From: a virus
DNA: 64,000 bases
Virus record (IMG/VR): IMGVR_UViG_3300031922_000090
Location: 1 to 64,000 of that record
Reading direction: 5' to 3' (one strand)
A program made the translations under genes and the position numbers. The notes beneath the pieces are model-generated. The model searched no databases. It was not told the origin of the DNA and saw only the letters and a list, made by a program, of their open reading frames with translations. Positions within the stretch are counted from its first letter, which is position 1. Each line of letters starts with the position of its first letter. Of the stretch, positions 50,321-59,896 are shown in pieces.

Positions 50321-53127
50321 ACCCTCTGAAGCACCTCGCTAATTTTGTTTTTCTTCCGGATAACCAATTGCGCAACATCGGACAATTCCGAAAGAATAAC
50401 GGGATTATGAGTAGTCAGAAAGATCGATTGATAACGCTCCGCCAATTCGCGCATCCCGGCGGCAAATTGCCGCGCGTTACGCTCATCAAGACCTTCCCCC
50501 GGCTCATCCGCGATAAGGAGATTGCACGGCGCAAGAACATCACGAAGGACAAAGGAGACGATCAAGGACGCAAGACGGGTCTCCCCGTTCGATTGATCGT
50601 CGAGAGATTCCCCGCCGTTTTCGTTGGTAACCTTGATATCGATATCTTCGCCCGACATCACAAACTGGACACCGATTTCACCCTCGGTAAATAGCTGTGA
50701 ATAGTATGCGGCACTCCGGTTGAGGCGCGGATAGAGCCGTGCTGAAATATATGCGGGAATCCCGTCTTTCGCAAATGCCTTACCAGCAAACGAAAGAAAG
50801 CTGCTCTCAGCGTCAAGAGCGGTAAGACTGCCCGTATACTTCCGGATTTTATCATCCGCCTCCAAAAGAGCCTTCTGGTAATGAATGACACCCCTGTCCT
50901 CATCCGAACGGAGAGCTTCCAGTGCGGCCCGCGCCCTCTTCAGATCCCGGCCAGCGCTCTCATAGGCCGCTTCGGCCCTCTGGTGTGCCTTGCTGGCGTT
51001 AGCAAACTCAGACTCAAGCGGAGATAGGGTACTAGCCTCGAAAGCGCTGTGAGCCTTACGAGCAGCCTCAGCGGCAGCCTGCGCTTTCCCCGTTTCCTCA
51101 ATCAATTCTCGCGCGTGACGCTTAAATTTTGATGCGTCAATCTGCTGTTCGCACGTTGGACAGATACCTTTTTCATGAAGATCTGTAATTCGCGCGAGTT
51201 CTTTGGCCTTAAGAGCTACGGCAGTTCTCAAACCAGATAACGTCTCGCGTAGTTCTTCCGATTCCTTCCGGACGAGAGCCAGCTTCTTCTGGAGATTAGC
51301 TACTACGGTAGCTGTACGTTTTACTTCAGTCTCGGCATTGGTAACCTGTGTCCGGATATCCGTAATCCGCTTTTCCGCCTCAGCAACATCGGTCTTTACT
51401 TTAGCCCTCAAAGTTCCCAGAAATTCCCGGTACTGCATTGCGGATGCCTCAGCCACTGATAACAGTGCGCCAACTTCCCGGCGCTCCGTCTCCAGCTTCT
51501 TCGCCTCAACCTTGATCGCCTCAAGAGCTTTCTGGTAACGTTCAAGATTCAGAAATTGCGCGAAGATCGCCTTACGGTCGGCGTCGGTTCCTGTCAGCAT
51601 CCGGTTCAAGTCCCGTTGATCGATATACAGCGCGTTTGTGACGGTCTCAAAAGTCAGCCCGGTTAGAATCTCGATGTTCCGTTGAATCTCCCGGTCTCCC
51701 ATGCCAGAAGAAATGTCCCGATCATCAAGGAACAACGACGTCGTCTTCGGTTGCCGCGAACGAAGGATACACAGCTTCCGCCCATCCGGAAGCCGGAGCG
51801 TCGCCCGGATAAACGATTTCGCTGAAGACGAAATCCCGCAACGCTTCAAACGGTCGGCAGCCTGCCCCTTGAGCGTTTTCCCAAACAGCGCGACCAAAAG
51901 AGCTTGAAGATAACTCGTCTTCCCACTCCCGTTTGAACGGCCCTCCCAGTCATCATTGCGTCCGGAGATAAGCCGAAGCCCTTTTGGATTTTCGTAATCG
52001 ATAGAGAGCCGTTCGAAACTCAGGATATTTTCGGCCTCCAACGACACAATCTCAACACCGTCAATCGAACGCGAAACATTGGAAACCTGTGCAAGTTGAT
52101 ATGTCAGATAGGCGCACAACTTATCCTGTTGACCGCTCAAAGATTCCGGCACAGATGAAGTAATCCAGTCACTAATGATTTCACCATCTGAAGCATTCTT
52201 CCGGATCTTCAGTCCTACTGTTTCTGCCTCGGCAACCTCGGGTACAACAAAAATTCGCGCACCTGGATACGCTGCCTCCGCTTTCGCTTTGGCGGCAACA
52301 AGAACAGCAGGCACGTTCTGATCATCTTTTTCCACCGGAACCTTGAGTCGAACCGAGGCTCCCGCCCAAGTCTTAGGCGGGGTGAAATCTTTCATTCCCG
52401 GATCATACATTCCCGGAATCCGGGAAGCGATCTTCCGGATCTTCCCCGTACCGGCGTCAAAAATTAGAAAACCCTTCGCCTCGTTTGCCTCCCCCCAGTC
52501 GGTCGCAAAAGGGGAACCGATATACCACACGCCCGGTTTAATCTCCTGCTGACGGTGAAAGTGCCCACCGAAGACAGCACTATAAGCTTCGGGACTAAGA
52601 GCGTTGAGCGGAAGCGCGTCGTCGCCCTGATAGGATCTTCCGGCATTGATCTTCGCGCCGTGAATCCCGGCATGAAAAACCAAAATCGTATTTTTATGTT
52701 TCCGTACCCGCGCGGCAAGGTCAGCAGCGGCTTCCTGGAGCTTTCCGGCGTCGCGCATAAAAGGCAGGAAAGCGATAGACACCGTTTCTCCGGCCTTAAC
52801 GATACAGGGTTCGGTAAAACACTGAACACCCGCTCCATGCAACACCGGAAAGAAATTATCGGCACCCTCCGACGTTGCGAGCATGTCGTGATTCCCGAGA
52901 TTTGCAAGCAGGTTAATCTTCCGGAGAGAACATGCACTAGCAAAATCAATAAGACGGTTCAGCACACGCCCATCAATAGGGTTGAGATTATGCTTGATAT
53001 CGCCCCCATGGACTATATAGCTAATACCCTCTTTTCCGGCAATCTCCAGCAAGTGAGCAATTGTCGCATCAACTTTTTGAAGATTTGAGAAAGTGGCCTG
53101 CCAGTCTGAGGTAAAAAGAATTTTCAT
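50317..53127 (-). CDS. fused SbcD/Mre11-like nuclease and SbcC/Rad50-like ATPase (single 936-aa polypeptide)
   Basis: N-terminus: phosphoesterase motifs TSDW, GGDIKH, LGNHDM, VFHAGIHG, GGHFHRQ. C-terminus: Walker A GRSNGSGKTS, coiled coil with CPTC zinc hook, signature SNGETRLAS, Walker B LLIADEPGEGLD, H-loop LTTHN. Confidence 0.8.
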   Translation of the reverse strand: MKILFTSDWQATFSNLQKVDATIAHLLEIAGKEGISYIVHGGDIKHNLNPIDGRVLNRLIDFASACSLRKINLLANLGNHDMLATSEGADNFFPVLHGAGVQCFTEPCIVKAGETVSIAFLPFMRDAGKLQEAAADLAARVRKHKNTILVFHAGIHGAKINAGRSYQGDDALPLNALSPEAYSAVFGGHFHRQQEIKPGVWYIGSPFATDWGEANEAKGFLIFDAGTGKIRKIASRIPGMYDPGMKDFTPPKTWAGASVRLKVPVEKDDQNVPAVLVAAKAKAEAAYPGARIFVVPEVAEAETVGLKIRKNASDGEIISDWITSSVPESLSGQQDKLCAYLTYQLAQVSNVSRSIDGVEIVSLEAENILSFERLSIDYENPKGLRLISGRNDDWEGRSNGSGKTSYLQALLVALFGKTLKGQAADRLKRCGISSSAKSFIRATLRLPDGRKLCILRSRQPKTTSLFLDDRDISSGMGDREIQRNIEILTGLTFETVTNALYIDQRDLNRMLTGTDADRKAIFAQFLNLERYQKALEAIKVEAKKLETERREVGALLSVAEASAMQYREFLGTLRAKVKTDVAEAEKRITDIRTQVTNAETEVKRTATVVANLQKKLALVRKESEELRETLSGLRTAVALKAKELARITDLHEKGICPTCEQQIDASKFKRHARELIEETGKAQAAAEAARKAHSAFEASTLSPLESEFANASKAHQRAEAAYESAGRDLKRARAALEALRSDEDRGVIHYQKALLEADDKIRKYTGSLTALDAESSFLSFAGKAFAKDGIPAYISARLYPRLNRSAAYYSQLFTEGEIGVQFVMSGEDIDIKVTNENGGESLDDQSNGETRLASLIVSFVLRDVLAPCNLLIADEPGEGLDERNARQFAAGMRELAERYQSIFLTTHNPVILSELSDVAQLVIRKKNKISEVLQRV

Positions 53128-53172
53128 CGATTGGGTCTCCCGGTTTTAGCAGGCTCCTACCCGCTCAATGAA

Positions 53173-53180
53173 GTTATACG
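53173..53180 (-). promoter_or_regulatory. CGTATAAC motif
   Basis: The minus strand reads GTCGTATAACTTCATTG. It overlaps the clamp-loader stop, 45 nt upstream of ATG 53127 (GGGAGA SD in the leader). Confidence 0.35.
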
Positions 53181-54160
53181 ACGCCAACACGAAAAGAACG
53201 AATATGCTGTGAAATAATCGCTACAAGCCATGCGCTAAACGCAGGATCCTCATACGGTGGCGGGCCGGATAACGCAAGAATCAACTTAGCAGCGGGAGCG
53301 GAGATATCCGAACCCTTCAAGACGCACCCGCGAAGATAGCCCATTAACGCAAGTCGAAATCCCCGCAGTGCTTCAGCCTCTGAATCCCGGAGGAAGGACT
53401 TAACGGCTCCCCAATCGGCGCGTACAACCGCTTGACAAGCGCTATATGAATTGACGGAGTTGTCACCTGCCGTGAGCGATTTCTTCGCTGGCATACCAGC
53501 GGCGAATTTTTCAAAGGCATTCAACAGCGAACGCGGAGACGTAACCCCATAGTCAACCACAGCCTCAAAGAATGAAGTCAAATCCCCGTGAAACTTAATA
53601 GCCTCCGAAGCACGCCCGATAAGTTTCTCGATTCCATCCGGATCAAGCACCTTCATCTGTAAGGCATAACAACGGTCGCGGAGAGTCTTCAACATTTTCG
53701 ATGGGTTAGTCGTTGCGAATATCCAAAGCGTCGATAGCGGCGCATCTTCCACATACTTCAAAAGTACGTTCTGCGACGCATCGGTCAAACGGTGGCACTC
53801 ATCGATAATGTAGACCCTACGACGACTTCCGGGCGGCGGAACGTAGCGGCTCTCGTCGGCAATCGCCCGAATCTCGTCCACGCCATTCACGTCAGAAGCA
53901 TTAATTTCCCGGATAGCATAAACAGCGTAGTTGTCCCAATCAGCCTGTAAAGGAGAGCCGAAATTTTTCGGCACCTGATAGCTGAGAGCGATCAACCGGG
54001 CAAGTGATGTCTTCCCGGTTCCGGCATCCCCGCTCAGCAAAAAAGCCTTCGGATCACGCCCGGCATTAAATTGATGCCGAATCGCATCGGTATTAGTGTC
54101 CTGTCCGACCATCTCGGCAAAACTACGCGGGCGCAAAGACAGCGATAAAAGATCTCCCAC
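53174..54160 (-). CDS. AAA+ clamp loader subunit (DNA pol III gamma/tau / RFC-like)
   Basis: Walker A GDAGTGKTSLARLIA, DExx box VYIIDECHRLT, sensor-1/SRC-like TLRDRCYALQ. Confidence 0.8.
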   Translation of the reverse strand: MGDLLSLSLRPRSFAEMVGQDTNTDAIRHQFNAGRDPKAFLLSGDAGTGKTSLARLIALSYQVPKNFGSPLQADWDNYAVYAIREINASDVNGVDEIRAIADESRYVPPPGSRRRVYIIDECHRLTDASQNVLLKYVEDAPLSTLWIFATTNPSKMLKTLRDRCYALQMKVLDPDGIEKLIGRASEAIKFHGDLTSFFEAVVDYGVTSPRSLLNAFEKFAAGMPAKKSLTAGDNSVNSYSACQAVVRADWGAVKSFLRDSEAEALRGFRLALMGYLRGCVLKGSDISAPAAKLILALSGPPPYEDPAFSAWLVAIISQHIRSFRVGVV

Positions 54161-54161
54161 C

Positions 54162-54434
54162 TTAAAATCCTTTCAAAAGATTTGTTGCCACCGACGTCAC
54201 ACGCCCGAGAAACATTCGCGCCTCCGCTTTAGCATCATCGAGTTTTCGTCCCGAAAATTGCTCAAAGTATTCCTGAATCTTCGCCTCGGCGATAGCTTCG
54301 GTTACTTTGTTGTCTGCGCGCTGCGCGAGAAGGAAAAATACAAAACCCTTCGGGGGCAAATCATATTCGGTTTGCAGGGAAGCCGCATTCTCCGGAGCTT
54401 GAACAGATAGTGTATCAACACGTTTTTTAGGCAT
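54162..54434 (-). CDS. hypothetical protein
   Basis: 90-aa ORF with a GGAGGA SD. GGTATAATAT element upstream. Confidence 0.45.
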   Translation of the reverse strand: MPKKRVDTLSVQAPENAASLQTEYDLPPKGFVFFLLAQRADNKVTEAIAEAKIQEYFEQFSGRKLDDAKAEARMFLGRVTSVATNLLKGF

Positions 54435-54449
54435 ATTTAATTCCTCCGG

Positions 54450-54459
54450 ATATTATACC
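54450..54459 (-). promoter_or_regulatory. GGTATAATAT element (consensus -10-like)
   Basis: The minus strand reads GACGGTATAATATCCGGAGGAATTAAAT-ATG. Intergenic after the RecA-like gene. Confidence 0.35.
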
Positions 54460-54462
54460 GTC

Positions 54463-55380
54463 TTACGCCTCGTCCTCACCCCGCAAAACAGTTGCATCCA
54501 GAAAGGATGTCTTCCCGTCAAAGTAAATCTTGAAACCTATTTCCGTACCCTCGATTCCACCAGCTTTATTCTTGTCATTACGGAGAATGCCCTTAACCCC
54601 TACAACCTTCCCTTTCTGAAGAATCCGGCCCCCCTTAATCCGGCGCATCCGCACGCGCGAATGAGCATAAAATAGAAGCGCGTTCCCACCCGGCGTATAA
54701 TCCGGATCACCGTACAGCACCCCCGGTTTAGTACGTAGTTGATTAATGAACACGGCAATAGTTCGAGTCTCCCCGCACAGCGCAATCCAGCGGCGAAGCA
54801 GCTTACCAAGCATCACAGGTAATGCCTGATTAGTCCGCATATTCTGTCCTGTCAACCCGGCTTCCGCCTCCTCCTCAACCAACATTGCCGTCACACTATC
54901 GACGATAACCATTTGCCGCACGTCCTGATCTGTCTTCTGTGCAAGAACCATTCCGGCTTCAACCTCTTCCAGTAATTCCTGTGCGGTACAAAGCCGTTCC
55001 TCTTTTTCTTTCCCGAATTTTCCGACATAAGGCTGATACACGTGTACCTTTAACGGGTCAAGCCCACGGCGCGAACTCCAGTCCGGATTAAAACTCCTCT
55101 CGAAGTCAGCCCAATGAATGACGGCCCCGGTAGCCTGCCCGAGTGCAGCCACATCAATAGCTAGGGCACTCTTCCCATTAGATTGCTTCCCGGAGATCTC
55201 GATAATCTGTCCAAAAAACAAACCCCGGTCCGGATCCCCAAGAACAGAATTCAACCGCTCATCTCCAAGACTGAGATATTCGGTCGGCTTCATTTCGTGA
55301 GTCAAGTGACCGAGTTTTTTACGAATCGCTGTCACAAAATTAAGCGGCGCGGTCGATTGTGTTGTTTTCTTTGTTGGCAT
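54463..55380 (-). CDS. RecA-family recombinase
   Basis: Walker A SGKQSNGKSALA, Walker B MVIVDSVTAM, and FINQLRTKPGVLYGDPDYTPGGNALLFYAHSRVRMRR, which matches the RecA FINQIR...GG.ALKFYASVR block. Start at ATG 55380. Confidence 0.85.
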   Translation of the reverse strand: MPTKKTTQSTAPLNFVTAIRKKLGHLTHEMKPTEYLSLGDERLNSVLGDPDRGLFFGQIIEISGKQSNGKSALAIDVAALGQATGAVIHWADFERSFNPDWSSRRGLDPLKVHVYQPYVGKFGKEKEERLCTAQELLEEVEAGMVLAQKTDQDVRQMVIVDSVTAMLVEEEAEAGLTGQNMRTNQALPVMLGKLLRRWIALCGETRTIAVFINQLRTKPGVLYGDPDYTPGGNALLFYAHSRVRMRRIKGGRILQKGKVVGVKGILRNDKNKAGGIEGTEIGFKIYFDGKTSFLDATVLRGEDEA

Positions 55381-55431
55381 TTTCCCTCTTGAGTCGGGGG
55401 CGGAACCGTAGTCCCGCCCCCAATACAACCC

Positions 55432-56526
55432 CTAACGCCGCTTCACGATCTTCTTCACGGGCGCGGTCTTCGTCGCCTCGCGTTCCGACTCTACTTCCGG
55501 CTCAGCAACCTTGCTCCGCTTTTTCCCCGGCGCGGGCAGAGGAGTATTAACCGGAGGATCATCGAGTTCGTCGTCGTCTTCGAACGGCGAGTCTTCATCG
55601 TCATCTTCTTCCGGCTTGCTCTTACCGCGCGGCAAATCGTCGTCGTCATCGTCGTCTAACGCTGGAGCCTTCTTCGATTTCGGGGCGTCCTCATCCTCAT
55701 CTTCGTCTTCATCTTCAAACCTGGACACCTTCTTAACGGGAGCGTCGCCCTCATCGTCATCGTCGTCGAACGCGGAAGCCTTCTTCGATTTTGCTTTTGT
55801 TGGCGTGGCGTCCTCATCATCGTCTTCATCCAACTTACGCCGGGTTGAACGCTCCTCTTCCTCATCGGGATCCGCTCCGAAAAACGTCTTCTTCTGGTCA
55901 GCAACGGAGTACTCGCCGATCACATCTGAGAATGGCTTGATTTTGGCGAGAATGTGCGCGGGCACGGCGGAAGGTTCGTCGTCCGGCTCCAGCGGTCCAT
56001 ACCGCGTATCGCGCGGCCCCGTACCAGTCCGTGTAATAGTGAAGTTCCTGCCCTTCTTGGGATGTTCGTAATCACGGCCATCACGGGACAGTTGCGTCAT
56101 GAGACGTGTTCCCAACGAATTCGAACCACCCGTCGGAATGTACCAAACCAGCGGACCATCGAAGTCTCCGGTCTTCGCGTTGACTGTTGCCACGAAGGCA
56201 ACGGTCGCCTCCTTAGCCACTATCGCCTCGGCCACGGCACGCTTAGCCCTGTTGCCGGACTCCTCAAGCTTCGGGATCATCACATCGCAGAGCCAACACT
56301 TACCTTGCCCGAAAACATCCTTGCCGCAACGCACGAGCCTCTTATTCGGCCCAACATCACGGTGTACCAAGTACTCAAACAGAGGCGGCTCATCGAGACC
56401 TTCGGCATTGGGCAAAATACGAATGACGTTCTCACCCTCGGCAAGCTTGAATTTGCCTCCTGACGACTTCTCTTTCGCGCGTTGCCGCATCCGGTCTTTC
56501 CACGCGGAACGTTTTTCTTGATCCAT
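55432..56526 (-). CDS. ssDNA-binding protein, T4 gp32-like, with a long acidic C-terminal tail
   Basis: FKLAEGENVIRILPN...YLVHRD...RCGKDVFGQGKCWLCD (Zn-site-like H/C cluster), then ~120 aa of D/E-rich tail. Confidence 0.5.
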   Translation of the reverse strand: MDQEKRSAWKDRMRQRAKEKSSGGKFKLAEGENVIRILPNAEGLDEPPLFEYLVHRDVGPNKRLVRCGKDVFGQGKCWLCDVMIPKLEESGNRAKRAVAEAIVAKEATVAFVATVNAKTGDFDGPLVWYIPTGGSNSLGTRLMTQLSRDGRDYEHPKKGRNFTITRTGTGPRDTRYGPLEPDDEPSAVPAHILAKIKPFSDVIGEYSVADQKKTFFGADPDEEEERSTRRKLDEDDDEDATPTKAKSKKASAFDDDDDEGDAPVKKVSRFEDEDEDEDEDAPKSKKAPALDDDDDDDLPRGKSKPEEDDDEDSPFEDDDELDDPPVNTPLPAPGKKRSKVAEPEVESEREATKTAPVKKIVKRR

Positions 56527-56671
56527 GCTATCTCCTATTCAGGCATGAAATTTTTCAGACTCTCGATTTTTCTTCGGAACCACTCCCCGATTACCTCCCG
56601 AAGAAGAAAACGAATTAAGACATATACCACGATGGACTGGAGTGTGAACACCGCAAGATCCGATAGATAGT

Positions 56672-57187
56672 TCATGGCGTTTTTCCGGGATAGCGTTTCT
56701 TCATACGCTCGCGCACTATGCGCACATCCTCAAGTTCCTCCATACGGCCAAGAGAAACCCGGCCAAGATACGCCTCCGCGTTCCGTTGCTCGGAGATAAC
56801 CTTCAACACGTCCCGGCGCTGACGGAAAGCTTCCACTAAGAGTTTGGCAAATTCCTCCTCTTCTTCAGCCCGATGCAGCTTTCCGGCAATCTCGGTAACC
56901 GCTTCATCCTGAAGAATCCGGGACGTGATGTGCGCCTCCGTCAGCTTCTCCCCTAACTCAGCATGTTTCCGGCGAATGCGGAGCCCGAGCGATGCCTTCT
57001 TCGCTTCCAGCATCGATTCATAGATGCGTCTGGAACGCATCTTCTGAACCCGAATCCGGGCAGCTTCTAAAAATAGCTTCGGTTGAACCATGGCGGCTTT
57101 CTCAAGCAGATCCGCATTGATGTCAAGCGCATCGATAAGAAGCGATGCGTCGCTATCTACCGCAAGAATCTTATCCAGAGCAGCCAT
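56672..57187 (-). CDS. hypothetical coiled-coil protein, predicted leaderless mRNA
   Basis: 171-aa ORF. The ATG lies 6 nt after CGTATAAC with no SD. Confidence 0.45.
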   Translation of the reverse strand: MAALDKILAVDSDASLLIDALDINADLLEKAAMVQPKLFLEAARIRVQKMRSRRIYESMLEAKKASLGLRIRRKHAELGEKLTEAHITSRILQDEAVTEIAGKLHRAEEEEEFAKLLVEAFRQRRDVLKVISEQRNAEAYLGRVSLGRMEELEDVRIVRERMKKRYPGKTP

Positions 57188-57193
57188 ACCTAG

Positions 57194-57201
57194 GTTATAC
57201 G
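57194..57201 (-). promoter_or_regulatory. CGTATAAC motif
   Basis: The minus strand reads TAGGCGTATAAC-CTAGGT-ATG. Intergenic after polA. Confidence 0.4.
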
Positions 57202-57202
57202 C

Positions 57203-59896
57203 CTAAACGAAAAATTCCTTTGCCATCTTCGCATCTGTAGCAGCATTCGCTGTAAGCCACCCGGCAAGAAATTCCTCCCGACTTCCCCCAAAGTAATCCT
57301 CCAGAACCCCATACCGGAAGCCAGCGGAACCCTCCGAAACCAGCGGCACCCGGAGGTTCAGATCGAAAACACGCCGGGTATAATCGACGACACCCCCCTC
57401 AAGTAGCGTCTTCGCCTGAACGTAGGCTTCCGGAAGATCCCGGAATTTTACCCGAAAGACGAGAGCGTCGTGTACTTCCATTATCGGAGTTGAGAGTAAA
57501 GGAAATAGGGAAGGAGTCTCATCAAGAATTGCCATTGAACAGAGAAGCAACGTATGGGCTGCCCCCTGAATTGGAGAGTTGATAGCCTGATTCAACGGAT
57601 TAGTTGTGCGGTCTTCATCATAATCGTTACCAATCCGACGCCGAAAACCAAAGATCGTATCAACATACCCATCCCGCTCGGCCTTCGCCCGCATTCGATC
57701 AATGTATGACGCTACGCCCCGGTATCTTGCAAAATAGTCCCTATGAAAACGGGCAGCCTGTTCTTCCGTTGCCTTTATACCCTTGGCTTTAAGGTAATAA
57801 TACAGACCTTTCTCCGAGAGACCGTAGATTAAGCCGAAGTGACAGTTCTTGATAAACGTCCGTGTATCTTTGTCTTTCTTGATGAACTCGAATGACCACG
57901 CCGGGTTAATAGCGTTTCCGACTGCGCAGTGAATATCCAAGCCCGCGTTGAATTGCTCAATCAAAAGAGGATCACCGGAGCATTCCGCCAGCATTCTAAT
58001 CTCGATCTGACTATAATCGAAGGCCAAGAAGAGATCGATTGCAAGAATATCTTCCGGTAATTCCTGCCCGGCTTCCCAAAACAGCACCTCGCACCATTTC
58101 GCATCGGAAACCAAAAGATTCTTCAGGAATGGGGAACCATGGAGATTCTGCATATTAACCACACCGTGTATCCCATCCCTTGTACCACCCGAGCGAAGAC
58201 GGCCCGTAACAGCACCCGTCAAATACCATTTCGTTCTCAGTTCCCCGGAATGCATCCCGGCACTTTCCCGATAACCCCTGAGATAGGTTGAATCCATCTT
58301 TGAGAATTTCCGGTAGTCCAGAACATACTGGGGAAAAGGATGCCCGGTCGCCTGCGCAATAATCGAAAGGGTGCTTTCTTTCGTACTTCGCGGGCTTTCC
58401 TCATTTGCAAACTCACTTGAAACCTCGGGAAGAGTAGGGAGCTTTAATTTATCGTACATTGCCCATGCAATCTCAGTGGGCGCGTTCGGGTTGAGATCAG
58501 GTTTCCCGGCCAGTTGCCGGATCTTGGACGCTAACTCGCTAATCTTATGCGGTATAATCCGTTCCGCCTCCGCTTGATGCTCCATATCCAAAGTAGGCCC
58601 GCGTCTCTCCATCTGAAACAACGTTCGCCCGGCTCCGATATAGACGCGCACCAACGGCGCGGATACCTCATCCCTGTTGTCAACTTCAATCCTTTTAGTC
58701 AGTGCAGCATCGGCTCCGTTATATTTAATAAGCGTCGGCAGTGGGCAGGCAGCGAGCCCCTCCGCGCGTGAATAGAATCCCTGAACAATTTGTTTGTACC
58801 CCGCGTAATGCGGATAGTGAAGCGTCGCTATTGTATCCAGACTATGACTCCGGATGAACGTGTTGGCTAAATAATGCGCGTAAGTTGTGTCGAATGTATA
58901 TCCCCTAACTTGAACTCCCAGAGCTTCCTGAAGATGGATTGTGTCGTAAGACCCGTAGTGAAAAATCTTCTCAATTGTCTCGTCTTCAAGAATTTGTTTA
59001 AGAAGTCTCCGGACCTTGCTTATCTCCTCCTGAGACACCGTATTTTCCGGATGGTCAAGAACGACTACGGCGGCTTCATTCTTTGCCCATGAAAAACCAA
59101 TGACGAGAATCTTAGTCTCCCCATCAATTTTTGCATCCTCAATATCTACAGCTATCCGCTCTCCGGAACTACGCATCTCAGAGATAACCTTCTCAAAAGT
59201 TGCGGCCCGCTTAATTACCCGAATCGGGAGAGCATCTAACCAAGCGTAACGCCCGGAATTTTTAACATGCCATAAAGCAGCCCGAAGACGTTGAGCCCAC
59301 GCTTTATATTTCCGCCCATCTTCACTAAGAGCTTCCACTACTTCCGGAGGATCTAAAACAAAAATCTTAGCGGACAGTTTATCACTCCAGAATATGGGGC
59401 AATCCTTTTTATACTCGCGCCCAAAAAGAGCGGCGGCGGCAACCTGCCCGAAAACAATATGGGTTCCAGCAGCACCCAAATTCAACCTCAGTGCTGTATC
59501 GGTATGTGCCCGGCAGTGCGCTATCTCTTCCTTAGCCGGTTCCCGCTCGATCATATACCCACTGACATCACTTACCGGACGGCAGCGAACTATCGTCTGC
59601 ATATCGAAGTCTTCGCGTGTTAACCCGGCTTGAGACAAATGCCTCCAAAGGAATCTACCCGCACGGCCACTCAAGTACTGCCCCGCTACAATATCTGCCT
59701 TCGTCGGCGAGATACCCCATATCATAGCCGGACGCTTCTTAATCAGATCATGACCGAGAAGCTTACGCCGCTTCTGCAACGGACAACCCTGACACCCATA
59801 ACCAAACTTCCCGAATTTTTTCTTAAGCTGTTTACCCGCTTTGTCGGCCTCCAGCGCACACCCATCACCGATAACCGACAGCCAAAGTTTAGGCAT
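57203..59896 (-). CDS. family A DNA polymerase with N-terminal UDG-family-4-like domain and 3'-5' exonuclease domain
   Basis: N-terminus CQGCPL...GISPTKADIVAGQYLSGRAGRFLW...VRCRP. Exo I IAVDIEDAK. Pol motif A DYSQIEIRMLA, motif B RTFIKNCHFGLIYG, motif C MEVHDALVF. Start at ATG 59896 (ATGA overlap). Confidence 0.9.
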   Translation of the reverse strand: MPKLWLSVIGDGCALEADKAGKQLKKKFGKFGYGCQGCPLQKRRKLLGHDLIKKRPAMIWGISPTKADIVAGQYLSGRAGRFLWRHLSQAGLTREDFDMQTIVRCRPVSDVSGYMIEREPAKEEIAHCRAHTDTALRLNLGAAGTHIVFGQVAAAALFGREYKKDCPIFWSDKLSAKIFVLDPPEVVEALSEDGRKYKAWAQRLRAALWHVKNSGRYAWLDALPIRVIKRAATFEKVISEMRSSGERIAVDIEDAKIDGETKILVIGFSWAKNEAAVVVLDHPENTVSQEEISKVRRLLKQILEDETIEKIFHYGSYDTIHLQEALGVQVRGYTFDTTYAHYLANTFIRSHSLDTIATLHYPHYAGYKQIVQGFYSRAEGLAACPLPTLIKYNGADAALTKRIEVDNRDEVSAPLVRVYIGAGRTLFQMERRGPTLDMEHQAEAERIIPHKISELASKIRQLAGKPDLNPNAPTEIAWAMYDKLKLPTLPEVSSEFANEESPRSTKESTLSIIAQATGHPFPQYVLDYRKFSKMDSTYLRGYRESAGMHSGELRTKWYLTGAVTGRLRSGGTRDGIHGVVNMQNLHGSPFLKNLLVSDAKWCEVLFWEAGQELPEDILAIDLFLAFDYSQIEIRMLAECSGDPLLIEQFNAGLDIHCAVGNAINPAWSFEFIKKDKDTRTFIKNCHFGLIYGLSEKGLYYYLKAKGIKATEEQAARFHRDYFARYRGVASYIDRMRAKAERDGYVDTIFGFRRRIGNDYDEDRTTNPLNQAINSPIQGAAHTLLLCSMAILDETPSLFPLLSTPIMEVHDALVFRVKFRDLPEAYVQAKTLLEGGVVDYTRRVFDLNLRVPLVSEGSAGFRYGVLEDYFGGSREEFLAGWLTANAATDAKMAKEFFV

